A stretch of DNA of 64,000 nucleotides from Methanobacteriota archaeon (GTDB taxonomy: Archaea > Thermoplasmatota > E2 > DHVEG-1), in contig CAIRCU010000032.1 of the NCBI GenBank assembly GCA_903877165.1, positions 16,747 to 80,746 of the forward strand, read 5' to 3'. Shown piece by piece: positions 48,300 through 57,093 of the stretch. Position 1 is the stretch's first letter. Each line of letters starts with the position of its first letter. The translations under genes were made by a program, and so were the position numbers. Below the pieces are notes generated by a model. That model did no database searches. It was not told the DNA's origin and saw only the letters and a program-made list of their open reading frames with translations.

Positions 48300-48749
48300 A
48301 TGGGAAAAAACAAATTATCAAAGACCGTCAGCCCACTCGAACTCGTGACCTCGGAGATCGTCGGCCCATCCAGCTCGCACACCGCAGGCGTCATGCGCAT
48401 CGGCAGGACCATCGCGCAGCACATCCACCCGGTCGGCACCGTCAAGATCCTTTTGTACAATTCGCTGGCGGACACCGGGGACGCGCACATGACCAAAAGC
48501 GCGCTCGTCGCAGGCCTCCTCGGCTGGGACGACAGCGACCCCCGCATCCCCTTCTCCTTCCGCTACGCAGAAGACGCAGGCCTCCAAATAAAATGGAGCC
48601 ACAAACGCGACGAGACCGTCCATCCCAACACCCTCCTCGCCACCCTCCAGGACGCCCACGGCACCCTGCACGTCTACAAAGGAGTCTCCCTGGGCGGCGG
48701 ACGATTCAAAGTCACCCAGCTCCACAACCACCCCACGGAGGCCCCATGA
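48300..48749 (+). CDS. sdaAB: L-serine dehydratase beta subunit, short form lacking the C-terminal ACT-like domain
   Basis: IVGPSSSHTAGVMRIG and HPNT...GVSLGGGRFKV motifs of SdaAB. 149 aa versus ~220. Its stop overlaps the sdaAA start (ATGA). Confidence 0.6.
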   Translation: MGKNKLSKTVSPLELVTSEIVGPSSSHTAGVMRIGRTIAQHIHPVGTVKILLYNSLADTGDAHMTKSALVAGLLGWDDSDPRIPFSFRYAEDAGLQIKWSHKRDETVHPNTLLATLQDAHGTLHVYKGVSLGGGRFKVTQLHNHPTEAP

Positions 48750-49711
48750 CCGACTACATCCTCCGCGACTTCATCACCCAGGCCAAACAACAGAAAAAAA
48801 CCATCGGAGACGTCGTCTTCGACTACGAAGAACACACCTTCCACCGCAAGAAACAAGACATCGTCAAGAGACTCCATGACTCCTTCATCATCTTCGAAAA
48901 AGCAGTCAAGACCGGCCTGGAAGGCAACTACGAGTTCACCAACCTCATGTTCAACCACGACGCCCGCAGACTCCAGACCACAAGCTACCGCATCCTTGGC
49001 GGATCCCTGCATACCGCCTGCGTCTACGCACTCGCCATCACCGAAAACAACCTCAATATGGGCCAGGTCATCGCCTGCCCCACCGCAGGCTCCTCGGGTA
49101 TCGTCCCCGCCTGCCTCCTCGCCGTCTCCCAGGAATACGGCAGCAGCGACATGGAGAAATACAAGGCCCTGCTCGCCGCGGCCGCCGTCGAACTCTCCAT
49201 CGTGAAGAATGCGTCGATCTCCGGTGCGGTCCACGGCTGCCAAGCTGAGTGCGGCTCCGCCGCCGCCATGGCCGCAGCCGGACTCGTACAACTGCTCAAC
49301 CCTCATCATGCGACCAACCCTGACATGGTCGAGGCCGCAGCCGCGCTCGCGTTGAAAAACTCGCTAGGACTGGTCTGCGACCCGGTCGCGGGCGTCGTCT
49401 CCGTCCCCTGTCGGAAACGCAACGCGACTTCGGTGGGTACCGCGTTCATCTCCGCGCAGCTCGCGCTCTCCGGCATCACCTCGTACATCCCGTTCGACGA
49501 GGTCGCCAGTGCCATGCATGAGATCGGCGACCACATGGACACCCGGCTCAAAGAGACCGCGCGCGGCGGCCTGGCGCGGACCAAGACCGGGCGCGAATGG
49601 GAAGCCGTCAAAGACCACCTGGTCCACGAGGCGATAGTGAAGAAGAAAAGCTACTGCGACATCCTCGTTGAGAAAGCAAAGAAGAGCCAGGGCGGCTCCA
49701 AGCGGCCCTGA
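48746..49711 (+). CDS. sdaAA: L-serine dehydratase alpha subunit (4Fe-4S)
   Basis: CPTAGSSGIVPACL, SISGAVHGCQAECGSAAAMAAAG and LGLVCDPVAGVVSVPCRKRNA motifs. Start at the internal ATG of track ORF 48257..49711. Confidence 0.75.
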   Translation: MTDYILRDFITQAKQQKKTIGDVVFDYEEHTFHRKKQDIVKRLHDSFIIFEKAVKTGLEGNYEFTNLMFNHDARRLQTTSYRILGGSLHTACVYALAITENNLNMGQVIACPTAGSSGIVPACLLAVSQEYGSSDMEKYKALLAAAAVELSIVKNASISGAVHGCQAECGSAAAMAAAGLVQLLNPHHATNPDMVEAAAALALKNSLGLVCDPVAGVVSVPCRKRNATSVGTAFISAQLALSGITSYIPFDEVASAMHEIGDHMDTRLKETARGGLARTKTGREWEAVKDHLVHEAIVKKKSYCDILVEKAKKSQGGSKRP

Positions 49712-49730
49712 CCCGTTGTCTTGAATGGTC

Positions 49731-50759
49731 TTACGGTTGGTAGTTAGTGGCCTTCAGCTCCATGGCCAGGTTGCTGACCATGCCAGCGGAGATGTTCGCG
49801 AACTGCCCCGTGGTCTTGATGATATGACCCGCTTCAGGAGCATAGTACATGTACCCAAGGCCGCCGAACAACGAGATGTTGTATGCCGTGAACGTCCCTG
49901 CGGGAACCGTCACGCTCTCCGTCCCGGTACAGTAGAAGAGTTCCGGGGTCGCGGTGATGTTGATGGAGTTCCCGTGCAGGTAGGTGTTCATGACATGGGC
50001 GATATCGACGGTGGGCAGGATGTCGTAGAGGACATCGGAGATGTGCTGTGTTTCTTCCACGGTCATCCCCGTCATGTTGGCGACCGGGCCAATCAGGTTC
50101 CAAGTACGGATGAAATGGTTCACGCGGTTGATGACCGAAAACCAGGGTGAGTCGATTGTCCCGCTCAACGTGACCTTGGATGCGGGAAGACCCCAGACGC
50201 TGCTCTCATTGAGGGGGAACGTCAGGAGCGTGTAGGGCGTGTCAAACGCGATGTCGCTGTTCATGGTCATGGAGAAGGGAATCCTTGCGGGGAGTCGTGG
50301 GAGATAGGGCTGTTCATGGATGTAGCTGACCAGTTTCCCCTTCAGAACCAGGTTCATCGCCTTGACGCCAATGTCGGCCTTGGCGATGGAGATGGTCCCT
50401 CCCAGCGTCGTCTTCTTCAGGGTTCCAGAGACGTTGACCGGCCCGTCGGCCGTCATCGTGTACAGCGCGAAATTCCCGGTGATCGCAGTCGAGCTTATCT
50501 GGAGCTGGTACGTGTCGTTCGTCTCCGCGATCACCGTCGTGGTGAAGTCCGCGATTGACAAGTAGACGGAGAGTGAGAAGTTCTCCTGCTCAACGTTCAC
50601 GGTGAGATTGTCGATGCGGTACGTCCAGTAATTATTAACGGACCAGACGGGGACGTCAGCGCTCGTCGTCTGGGGACGTAGCGGTGTTGCGGTTTGGGCG
50701 AGGCAAAGTGGTGTAGAAAGCAGCATACATAGTAAGAGTATCGAGATTTTTTTCTTCAT
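49731..50759 (-). CDS. secreted hypothetical protein (paralog of 51130..52617 N-terminal region)
   Basis: Signal peptide MKKKISILLLCMLLSTPLCLA. VPVWSVNNYWTYRIDNL and FPLNESSVWG segments align with LPTWYPGDTWTYSIDPL and FPLNVGDQWH of the neighbouring gene. Confidence 0.4.
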   Translation of the reverse strand: MKKKISILLLCMLLSTPLCLAQTATPLRPQTTSADVPVWSVNNYWTYRIDNLTVNVEQENFSLSVYLSIADFTTTVIAETNDTYQLQISSTAITGNFALYTMTADGPVNVSGTLKKTTLGGTISIAKADIGVKAMNLVLKGKLVSYIHEQPYLPRLPARIPFSMTMNSDIAFDTPYTLLTFPLNESSVWGLPASKVTLSGTIDSPWFSVINRVNHFIRTWNLIGPVANMTGMTVEETQHISDVLYDILPTVDIAHVMNTYLHGNSINITATPELFYCTGTESVTVPAGTFTAYNISLFGGLGYMYYAPEAGHIIKTTGQFANISAGMVSNLAMELKATNYQP

Positions 50760-51129
50760 AAGCCTTCCTCCTTTCTGTCAAGGATGAGAGAGGACATGTG
50801 CCTTTATAAAATTATCCATACGTCTAATAGAAGTGGAATCACTCTTCCGTTCCATTTTTATGTAAAATTATACCAGTATTGAGAGGTTTATTGTGATAGA
50901 CAAAGGGACTTAAGCGAAGAAGAACACGGCGCAGGCATTACGGTACGGTTCGTTTTCGGTGAGGACCGCGACGATACGTTCATCCTGCAAGGTACCTACG
51001 GCATCGATGAGCGGCAGCAGCGTGGCAACGAGTCGACTCTGAAAGAAAACCTTCCGCGCCCGCATTTTATCCAACTCCAAACATTTAAAAGGACTCGGGT
51101 CGATAGCTACGTACTTTGGGGCATCACCT

Positions 51130-52617
51130 ATGAAACACCTCGGCGTCATCATCCTGATACTCATCCTTGGATCCGGTTCTGCGTTCGCTGCCGTCGGCAC
51201 GCCACAACCCACTAGTCACTCTCAATCCGCCTCCCTGTCTGCGTCCGTGGACCTCCCCACCTGGTACCCAGGCGATACCTGGACGTACAGCATCGACCCC
51301 TTGTACTCCAGCGGCGAGAACGGCACGTTCTCAGGGACCGTTGAAAACTTCCAGCAGACCGTCGTCGGCGTCCACGACGACGTCTACGACCTGGTAGTCT
51401 CCGCAGACATCAGCGGAACCTTCACCAGCGGCTCGCTCTCCGGTGACCTCACCGGGACGATCACAGGCACATCCACGACACGGCGCTCGGACCTCGCCCA
51501 AGGAGCGAGCATCCTTGCCTCGTCCGGCACCATCACCCCTGACTTTCCCCCCATCCCCCTCCCGTACACCGCGGACGTCACGTACGCATCGACACCGCTG
51601 CTTGAGCTCTTCGACTTCCCCTTGAATGTCGGGGACCAGTGGCATATCCACTGCCAGAGCACGACCACCGGCTCCATCGACATCTCAGGCCTCCTGGATC
51701 AATCCCTGGACGGCAACCAGACCATCGACGAGGACGTCTCCTGCCCGCAACAGGCGACTATCACGGTGCCGGCCGGCAGCTTTACTTCTTTTGAAATCGC
51801 CCGCGATACAACCGACGGTTGGTACTCCTCAGAGGCCGGCAATCTCGTCAAATCGACCATCGACCAGTCCGATGCGAACGGCACGGTCCACGCGGTCCTC
51901 ACCCTGCAGTCCTTCAACCGTAGCATCCAGCCTCTTACGGTCTCAGAGAACCTATCGCCCTCTGTGCTATTCCCCGGTGAGTCCGTCATCGTCTCCGGTC
52001 GATGCCTCAACGCTGGTACCGGGACGCCCGTCATCAACGCAGCGGTCACGGTTACCATCCCCGCCACGGGTGATTCCTGGACCACGAGCACGAATAACAA
52101 CGGAGACTACACCTACACGTTCGATGCCCCGGTCGTCCAGGACGATACACCGTCAGGGCGGGAGACCGGCTCCAGCGGCGTCGTCGTCCTCTGCCACAGC
52201 GGTAGCTTGGATGGTTACTGCGTTCGAACGCTCACCACTCTAGGCAACACCCCACCGCTCACTCCCAGCATCAACGGGCCAGCGACGGGGAAAGCCGGCG
52301 AGAAGTACACCTGCGCCATCTCCAGCACCGATGCGGAGCACGACGATTTGATGTACCTTGTGGACTGGGGTGACAACACCACGCAATGGATCGGGCCAAG
52401 CGCGTCCGGTGCGAACATCACCGCGACCCACACCTACACGAACAAGGGGATGTACCTGATTCGCGCGATGGCAAAAGACAGCCATGGTGCGGAGAGCGCC
52501 TGGGGCAGCCTTCAGGTGAAGATGCCGCTTTCATTTTCCTATCAGCCGAGATTCCGCTTCTTCGAACGGTTCCCTCATGCCTTCCTGTTGCTGCGGCTCT
52601 TCCTTCAAGCAAAATAA
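51130..52617 (+). CDS. secreted hypothetical protein with C-terminal PKD-like domain (paralog of 49731..50759)
   Basis: Signal peptide. Shared N-terminal domain. PKD-like YLVDWGDNTTQW...THTYTNKGMY segment. Confidence 0.4.
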   Translation: MKHLGVIILILILGSGSAFAAVGTPQPTSHSQSASLSASVDLPTWYPGDTWTYSIDPLYSSGENGTFSGTVENFQQTVVGVHDDVYDLVVSADISGTFTSGSLSGDLTGTITGTSTTRRSDLAQGASILASSGTITPDFPPIPLPYTADVTYASTPLLELFDFPLNVGDQWHIHCQSTTTGSIDISGLLDQSLDGNQTIDEDVSCPQQATITVPAGSFTSFEIARDTTDGWYSSEAGNLVKSTIDQSDANGTVHAVLTLQSFNRSIQPLTVSENLSPSVLFPGESVIVSGRCLNAGTGTPVINAAVTVTIPATGDSWTTSTNNNGDYTYTFDAPVVQDDTPSGRETGSSGVVVLCHSGSLDGYCVRTLTTLGNTPPLTPSINGPATGKAGEKYTCAISSTDAEHDDLMYLVDWGDNTTQWIGPSASGANITATHTYTNKGMYLIRAMAKDSHGAESAWGSLQVKMPLSFSYQPRFRFFERFPHAFLLLRLFLQAK

Positions 52618-52734
52618 AACCGTTTCAGGAGTAGTATAACAACCATAGTTATTATCTCAATTTCTCTATTATGCGACATTTTTACCATTTAAAATCAGGC
52701 GATATATTAATATATACTAACCTCATTAATTCGT

Positions 52735-55092
52735 GTGGGGAAGAAGATGAGAGCCACAAGATTTGTTTGGAAAGCAGCCGTTCTTGGAAGCGTCTTTCTT
52801 TGTTTAAGCAGCTGTTTTGCACCGGTACTTGCCCAATCACCACAATCACCCAGCACGGATCATCCAGTATTGTCAGGAGGAAACTCTGAAAAAACCGCTC
52901 AGGTGACCTGCTATGTCATCAGTTCGCAAGGAGTGAAACAACAACAAACATCGACACTCTCTAGAACTGATGCCGAATGGCTAATGGCAAAGCTTAAGAC
53001 ACTGCGCGCTGCGACATCCGGAAGTCCTTCAAACCCGATCTCCCTGCAGAACGAGGTTCTTTCGTTTGCTGAAACGCATCACCTCCTCCCGCAAGGCGTC
53101 TCTGCAGCTTCTCTATCCGCACAATTAGCGACCACACCAGAATTTGCTCGAAAACACCTTATCTTCCCAGCGAGCTTTGGGAGCACCTCGGAATGGGTCT
53201 GCAACTTCGCGACCACGGGCGAAGGATCCGCTAAGCCTATCATCATTCTCCCAAGATTAATCCCCATTCTTCTCATCCCGATTCCACGTGCGTTCGTATC
53301 CTGGTCAACCCCGGATGGGATCACTTCGGTCGGTGGGCTCATTTCTCACACAGGGTTCATCGCCTACGGAGTGCAAAAAGGGATCGCCTTGGGGTTCTGG
53401 GGTATCGGGTTCAGCATCTTCCTACCTCCAGTTGATGCCTACGGGATTTTCGGGTACGCTCTGTTCGCAAAAGTGACCGCTCAGTATTATGAGTTCTACC
53501 CGCCGAATAACCCACCGGAGATTACACAGACTGACCCCGCTGATGGCCAGCAAATGGTGCCTATGACGACGACGAAACTGCAGTTTAGCATCTCTGATTA
53601 TGATGGGGATCTCATGAGTTTCAACGTCACCACCAGCCCGGACATCGGTTCTGGGAGTGGTGGGTTAAAGCCTGGTGGCGTCTATTCCATCCCGGTCCAA
53701 GGCCTCCAAGACCTCACGCGATACACCTGGCGAATAACCGTGACCGATGGGAAAGACACGGTGAGTAAGACTCAATCCTTCATCACTGAACCAGTAGCTC
53801 CCATTATTTCGAACGTCCTCCCTGAGGATAATGACAACGCAGTCCCTGTGGACCTCTCGCAGCTGCAATTCTACCTGAAAGACTATCAAGGGGATGCGAT
53901 GAGCTATACGGTGATGACGTCTCCTGACATTGGATCTGGCTCTGGGACTAACATCCATGATGGTACGGTGACCATCCCGGTGCATGGCCTCACCATGGCT
54001 TCAGCCTATCGATGGTATGTAAATGTCACCGACGGGACGCATTGGAATCGTAAGGTTTTCAGGTTCCAGACCTCTTATCCTGAACAGTTCAATCCGTTTG
54101 ACTACGGCTGGCACTACAGAAAGACGCTGACGATTAATCATGAGCTGGTCGATGAGAGCCTCAGTAACTTCCCTGTGCTCGTGAGCATCACTGACAATGA
54201 TTTAAAACAGAAGGCGCAGACGGACGGCAGTGATATTTTATTTATGAACGCAACAGGCGTCTCCCACAAATCATATTTCGAAATCGAGACATATCAGGGG
54301 TCGACAGGCACGCTGACCGCATGGGTCAACATACCAACTGTTTCACCAGATGCCGATGTCACGTTCTATATGTACTACGGCAATCCCGATGCCCTCACCA
54401 TTGAGGAGAAAGAAAAGACGTGGGATAATAATTACCTGGTTGTTCAACACATGCATCAGGATTCGGCAGCGAACTTCAAGGACTCCACGCATTATCACAA
54501 CGACATTATTTCTCAGACCGGGAGTCCCTCGTATCAGCAAATAGGGAAAATTGGGTATTGCGTTGGTTTTCACGGGTCAGACGCCCTTTCCTTCGCCTCG
54601 TCGATCTATAATATAGCCCCTGCGACCGTTGAGGTCTGGGGAAAGACAGAGACGACCTCGTCGGATCAGTACCTGTTCTGTGATGGTGGTGAAACCAGTC
54701 GCTCCTATGGGTTCTATTGGTATATCCAAGGCGGCCAATTTGGCACCACGATGATGAACCTGCCGAAATGGGTCGGTCAAGATGGCATCGCGACTGCCGT
54801 GCCTGGCCAATGGTATTTCTGCGCGAGCACCTGGGACGGCACGGACTCCGATGGTCATTTCGTGATTAACGACCAGGTCTTTACGAAAACTAGCGGCATC
54901 GACAATCGGAATGAGCCCGCCAATAATGCGAAGATCGGGCAATGTTCTGAAGGTCAGTACGGGTTCCATGGTCTCATCGATGAAGTCCGATTGTCCAAAG
55001 TCGCCCGAGACGTGGGATGGCTGACCACCGAGTATACCAACTCTATCAACCCCACGGCCTTTGTCGTGGTCGGAGCAGAAGAGGGGCCTTAA
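52735..55092 (+). CDS. large secreted protein with two tandem Ig/FN3-like repeats, a DUF2341-like domain and a C-terminal LamG/concanavalin-like domain
   Basis: Signal peptide. Repeats FSISDYDGDLMSFNVTTSPDIGSGSGG... and FYLKDYQGDAMSYTVMTSPDIGSGSGT.... GWHYRKTLTINHELV...FPVLVSITD...YMYYGNPDA (DUF2341 pattern). WYFCASTWDG...IDEVRLSKVARDVGWLTTEYTN (LamG-type). Confidence 0.55.
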   Translation: MGKKMRATRFVWKAAVLGSVFLCLSSCFAPVLAQSPQSPSTDHPVLSGGNSEKTAQVTCYVISSQGVKQQQTSTLSRTDAEWLMAKLKTLRAATSGSPSNPISLQNEVLSFAETHHLLPQGVSAASLSAQLATTPEFARKHLIFPASFGSTSEWVCNFATTGEGSAKPIIILPRLIPILLIPIPRAFVSWSTPDGITSVGGLISHTGFIAYGVQKGIALGFWGIGFSIFLPPVDAYGIFGYALFAKVTAQYYEFYPPNNPPEITQTDPADGQQMVPMTTTKLQFSISDYDGDLMSFNVTTSPDIGSGSGGLKPGGVYSIPVQGLQDLTRYTWRITVTDGKDTVSKTQSFITEPVAPIISNVLPEDNDNAVPVDLSQLQFYLKDYQGDAMSYTVMTSPDIGSGSGTNIHDGTVTIPVHGLTMASAYRWYVNVTDGTHWNRKVFRFQTSYPEQFNPFDYGWHYRKTLTINHELVDESLSNFPVLVSITDNDLKQKAQTDGSDILFMNATGVSHKSYFEIETYQGSTGTLTAWVNIPTVSPDADVTFYMYYGNPDALTIEEKEKTWDNNYLVVQHMHQDSAANFKDSTHYHNDIISQTGSPSYQQIGKIGYCVGFHGSDALSFASSIYNIAPATVEVWGKTETTSSDQYLFCDGGETSRSYGFYWYIQGGQFGTTMMNLPKWVGQDGIATAVPGQWYFCASTWDGTDSDGHFVINDQVFTKTSGIDNRNEPANNAKIGQCSEGQYGFHGLIDEVRLSKVARDVGWLTTEYTNSINPTAFVVVGAEEGP

Positions 55093-55115
55093 TCAGATTC
55101 CCCCCTCTCTTCCCT

Positions 55116-56075
55116 TTATTTTTTCTTTGAAAGGATGAAGCATTGGCTATCGCCGAGATTGGAGAGAAGCAGGCTTGCGCCGAGGACTTTTCCGACCTTG
55201 AAGTTGCCTAAAATTTTCTTTGCTTTAAGGTAGTAAAGTCGATAGATATTCGAGGCGTAATCCCCTGACGAATAATGCTCCACCAGGAAGAAGGGGCGAG
55301 TAATGTTTAGGATCCCTTCCTTTGAAAAATTGAAAATATGCCGTGGGACACTATGACAAAGCCATTTTTTCCCGAATAGATGAGCCGGGAGGCTTTGACT
55401 GTTCGGGATTGACAACAAAAAGATGCCATTTTCTGATAAGCGTGCCGCGACGTCTTGAACCATTTCCTTAGGATCGGGGACATGTTCTAAGACATGACTT
55501 AGGACGATGAGATCGTATTGTCGTTCAGCGGGCAGTTCATGCAATTGAAGTTTTCTCATTGAGATGCCCACGGATTCGCCAAGCTTCTCAATGTTGGGAA
55601 AGATATCGATACCTTCGAGGTTACTTTTAGGAATTTGAAAATATTTGTTTAGGTTTTTTAGTAACGCGCCTCCTCCACACCCGACGTCCAAAACATGCTG
55701 AAAACTTCTCTCATGATGAACACAGTAATTTTTCAGGTCAAGAAGCCGGTTATCTACATCTTTACTAAATGCTTGGAAAAGGAATTTATCAATGACATTC
55801 ATAGTTCGGTTCTTTAGAAAGAATCTGTCCAGGTTCGTGTATCGAATCGTCGGGTCTTGTGGCTGATAAGCACCATAGCTTGAGGCGTTCATCTGATAAA
55901 AACTTGGAATTTCATCATCATCTGGTAAAGGATTTAAAAAATACGACCTGCAATGTGAACAGAGGTACAAATGAAATTCTCTGTTTGACGTATGAAACTC
56001 CTCATCCTTTGTCGTATAGCGAAGAGCAATGTTATTGCCGGCGCACAAAGGGCAGGAAGCAAGTGTCTTGGACAT
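55116..56075 (-). CDS. class I SAM-dependent methyltransferase with N-terminal C4 zinc-ribbon
   Basis: CPLCAGN...CSHCRSYF zinc ribbon. LDVGCGGGALLKNL motif I. Coding GC ~40%, well below the window average. Confidence 0.6.
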   Translation of the reverse strand: MSKTLASCPLCAGNNIALRYTTKDEEFHTSNREFHLYLCSHCRSYFLNPLPDDDEIPSFYQMNASSYGAYQPQDPTIRYTNLDRFFLKNRTMNVIDKFLFQAFSKDVDNRLLDLKNYCVHHERSFQHVLDVGCGGGALLKNLNKYFQIPKSNLEGIDIFPNIEKLGESVGISMRKLQLHELPAERQYDLIVLSHVLEHVPDPKEMVQDVAARLSENGIFLLSIPNSQSLPAHLFGKKWLCHSVPRHIFNFSKEGILNITRPFFLVEHYSSGDYASNIYRLYYLKAKKILGNFKVGKVLGASLLLSNLGDSQCFILSKKK

Positions 56076-56176
56076 CGAAGAGCATATCTTCCAAGTTGTT
56101 TTAAACTCTTCGAGAATTCATTTTCCTCAGCCCCAAGTCAGCGAAAACACCGTCAGCTTCTTTCTGTAAAAGGGTA

Positions 56177-56250
56177 TGGGCCCGGCAGGATTTGAACCTG
56201 CGACCAACTGGTTATGAGCCAGTCGCTCCACCGGTCTAAGCTACGGGCCC
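56177..56250 (-). tRNA. tRNA with CAT anticodon (elongator Met or Ile2)
   Basis: Reverse complement GGGCCCGTAGCTTAGACCGGTGGAGCGACTGGCTCATAACCAGTTGGTCGCAGGTTCAAATCCTGCCGGGCCCA. Anticodon stem ACTGG/CCAGT with loop CTCATAA. T-stem GCAGG/CCTGC. G1:C72 excludes an archaeal initiator. Confidence 0.85.
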
Positions 56251-56314
56251 TCGAAGGAGAAGTCAGCCTAAATCATTCTTCTACTACTTAAGATTTTAAA
56301 GATCCTGGATGTCC

Positions 56315-56968
56315 TCACAGCCAGGTGACGACCCTGCCTGGGTCCGGACGCTTGACCGACGCAGGAGTCTCCGCCGCATACCCAAGCAGACACCCATCCA
56401 GGACAAATATTCCGTACGGCAGACCCAGCAACTCACAAAACTTCCGATCGTCGCTCATCCCCTGCGTCGCGGTCACTAGCTGAAACCCAAGCCCCAGCGC
56501 CGTCGCCTCTAACCACATGTTCTGCAGGCAGTGCGCAAGCGAACAATGCTCTACGTGCGGAATCGCCCGCTCCTCAGCCACCACCAGATAATACGGCGCT
56601 TTCGAAAGAATCGGTGCATCCTCCTTCTCCCCTATCTGCAGGACTTTCAGGTACGCTTGAGCCCGGCTCCTGGCATGGGCATCAAGCTGCATCTCCTGCT
56701 CAAGACGTTGCCTCGTCGCCTTCATACCTCGTCTGAGTAGCTCCGTTGCCTGGGCCATGACCGGGCTTTCGCGTGGCACCACGGCCACCCGGCGGAAATC
56801 CTCCCGAGAAACTCCCAAGCCTGAGTACGGCGCGAGCAGCCCAGCCCGCACCACTCGTTCAACTAGGTCCCTGGGTGGGGCCTGCGGGGTGAACCGCCGG
56901 ACTGTCCGACGAGACGCTATGACCTCTTCAAGGACCTTGTCACAATCAATCTTCTCTGACGTCACCAT
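56315..56968 (-). CDS. nitroreductase-family protein
   Basis: ASRRTVRRFTPQ FMN-nitroreductase N-terminal motif. ~215 aa. Confidence 0.7.
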   Translation of the reverse strand: MVTSEKIDCDKVLEEVIASRRTVRRFTPQAPPRDLVERVVRAGLLAPYSGLGVSREDFRRVAVVPRESPVMAQATELLRRGMKATRQRLEQEMQLDAHARSRAQAYLKVLQIGEKEDAPILSKAPYYLVVAEERAIPHVEHCSLAHCLQNMWLEATALGLGFQLVTATQGMSDDRKFCELLGLPYGIFVLDGCLLGYAAETPASVKRPDPGRVVTWL

Positions 56969-57093
56969 TCACATCACCATGAACGCCAAAACACCGCATG
57001 AATCTTTTAATAATTTGCGATACACAATCCGAAAGTAAAAAAAGGAGAAAGAGAGGGCAAGCGGGTAGGCTTCCGCTCGCCCCTTCCCATGAA

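Noticed and set aside
48257-49711. 484-aa ORF whose first ~160 codons are Arg/Pro/His-rich (RRRHAHRQDHRAAHPPGRHRQ...)
   Set aside because: The N-terminal part is an out-of-frame read-through of the sdaAB region in GC-rich DNA. The genuine gene is sdaAA starting at the internal ATG 48746. The real sdaAB (48300-48749) occupies another frame.
50910-51212. 100-aa minus-strand ORF in the spacer between the divergent secreted-protein paralogs
   Set aside because: Its 5' part overlaps the signal-peptide start of 51130..52617 on the opposite strand. It has no recognisable motif and sits where the divergent promoters must be. Probably a chance ORF.
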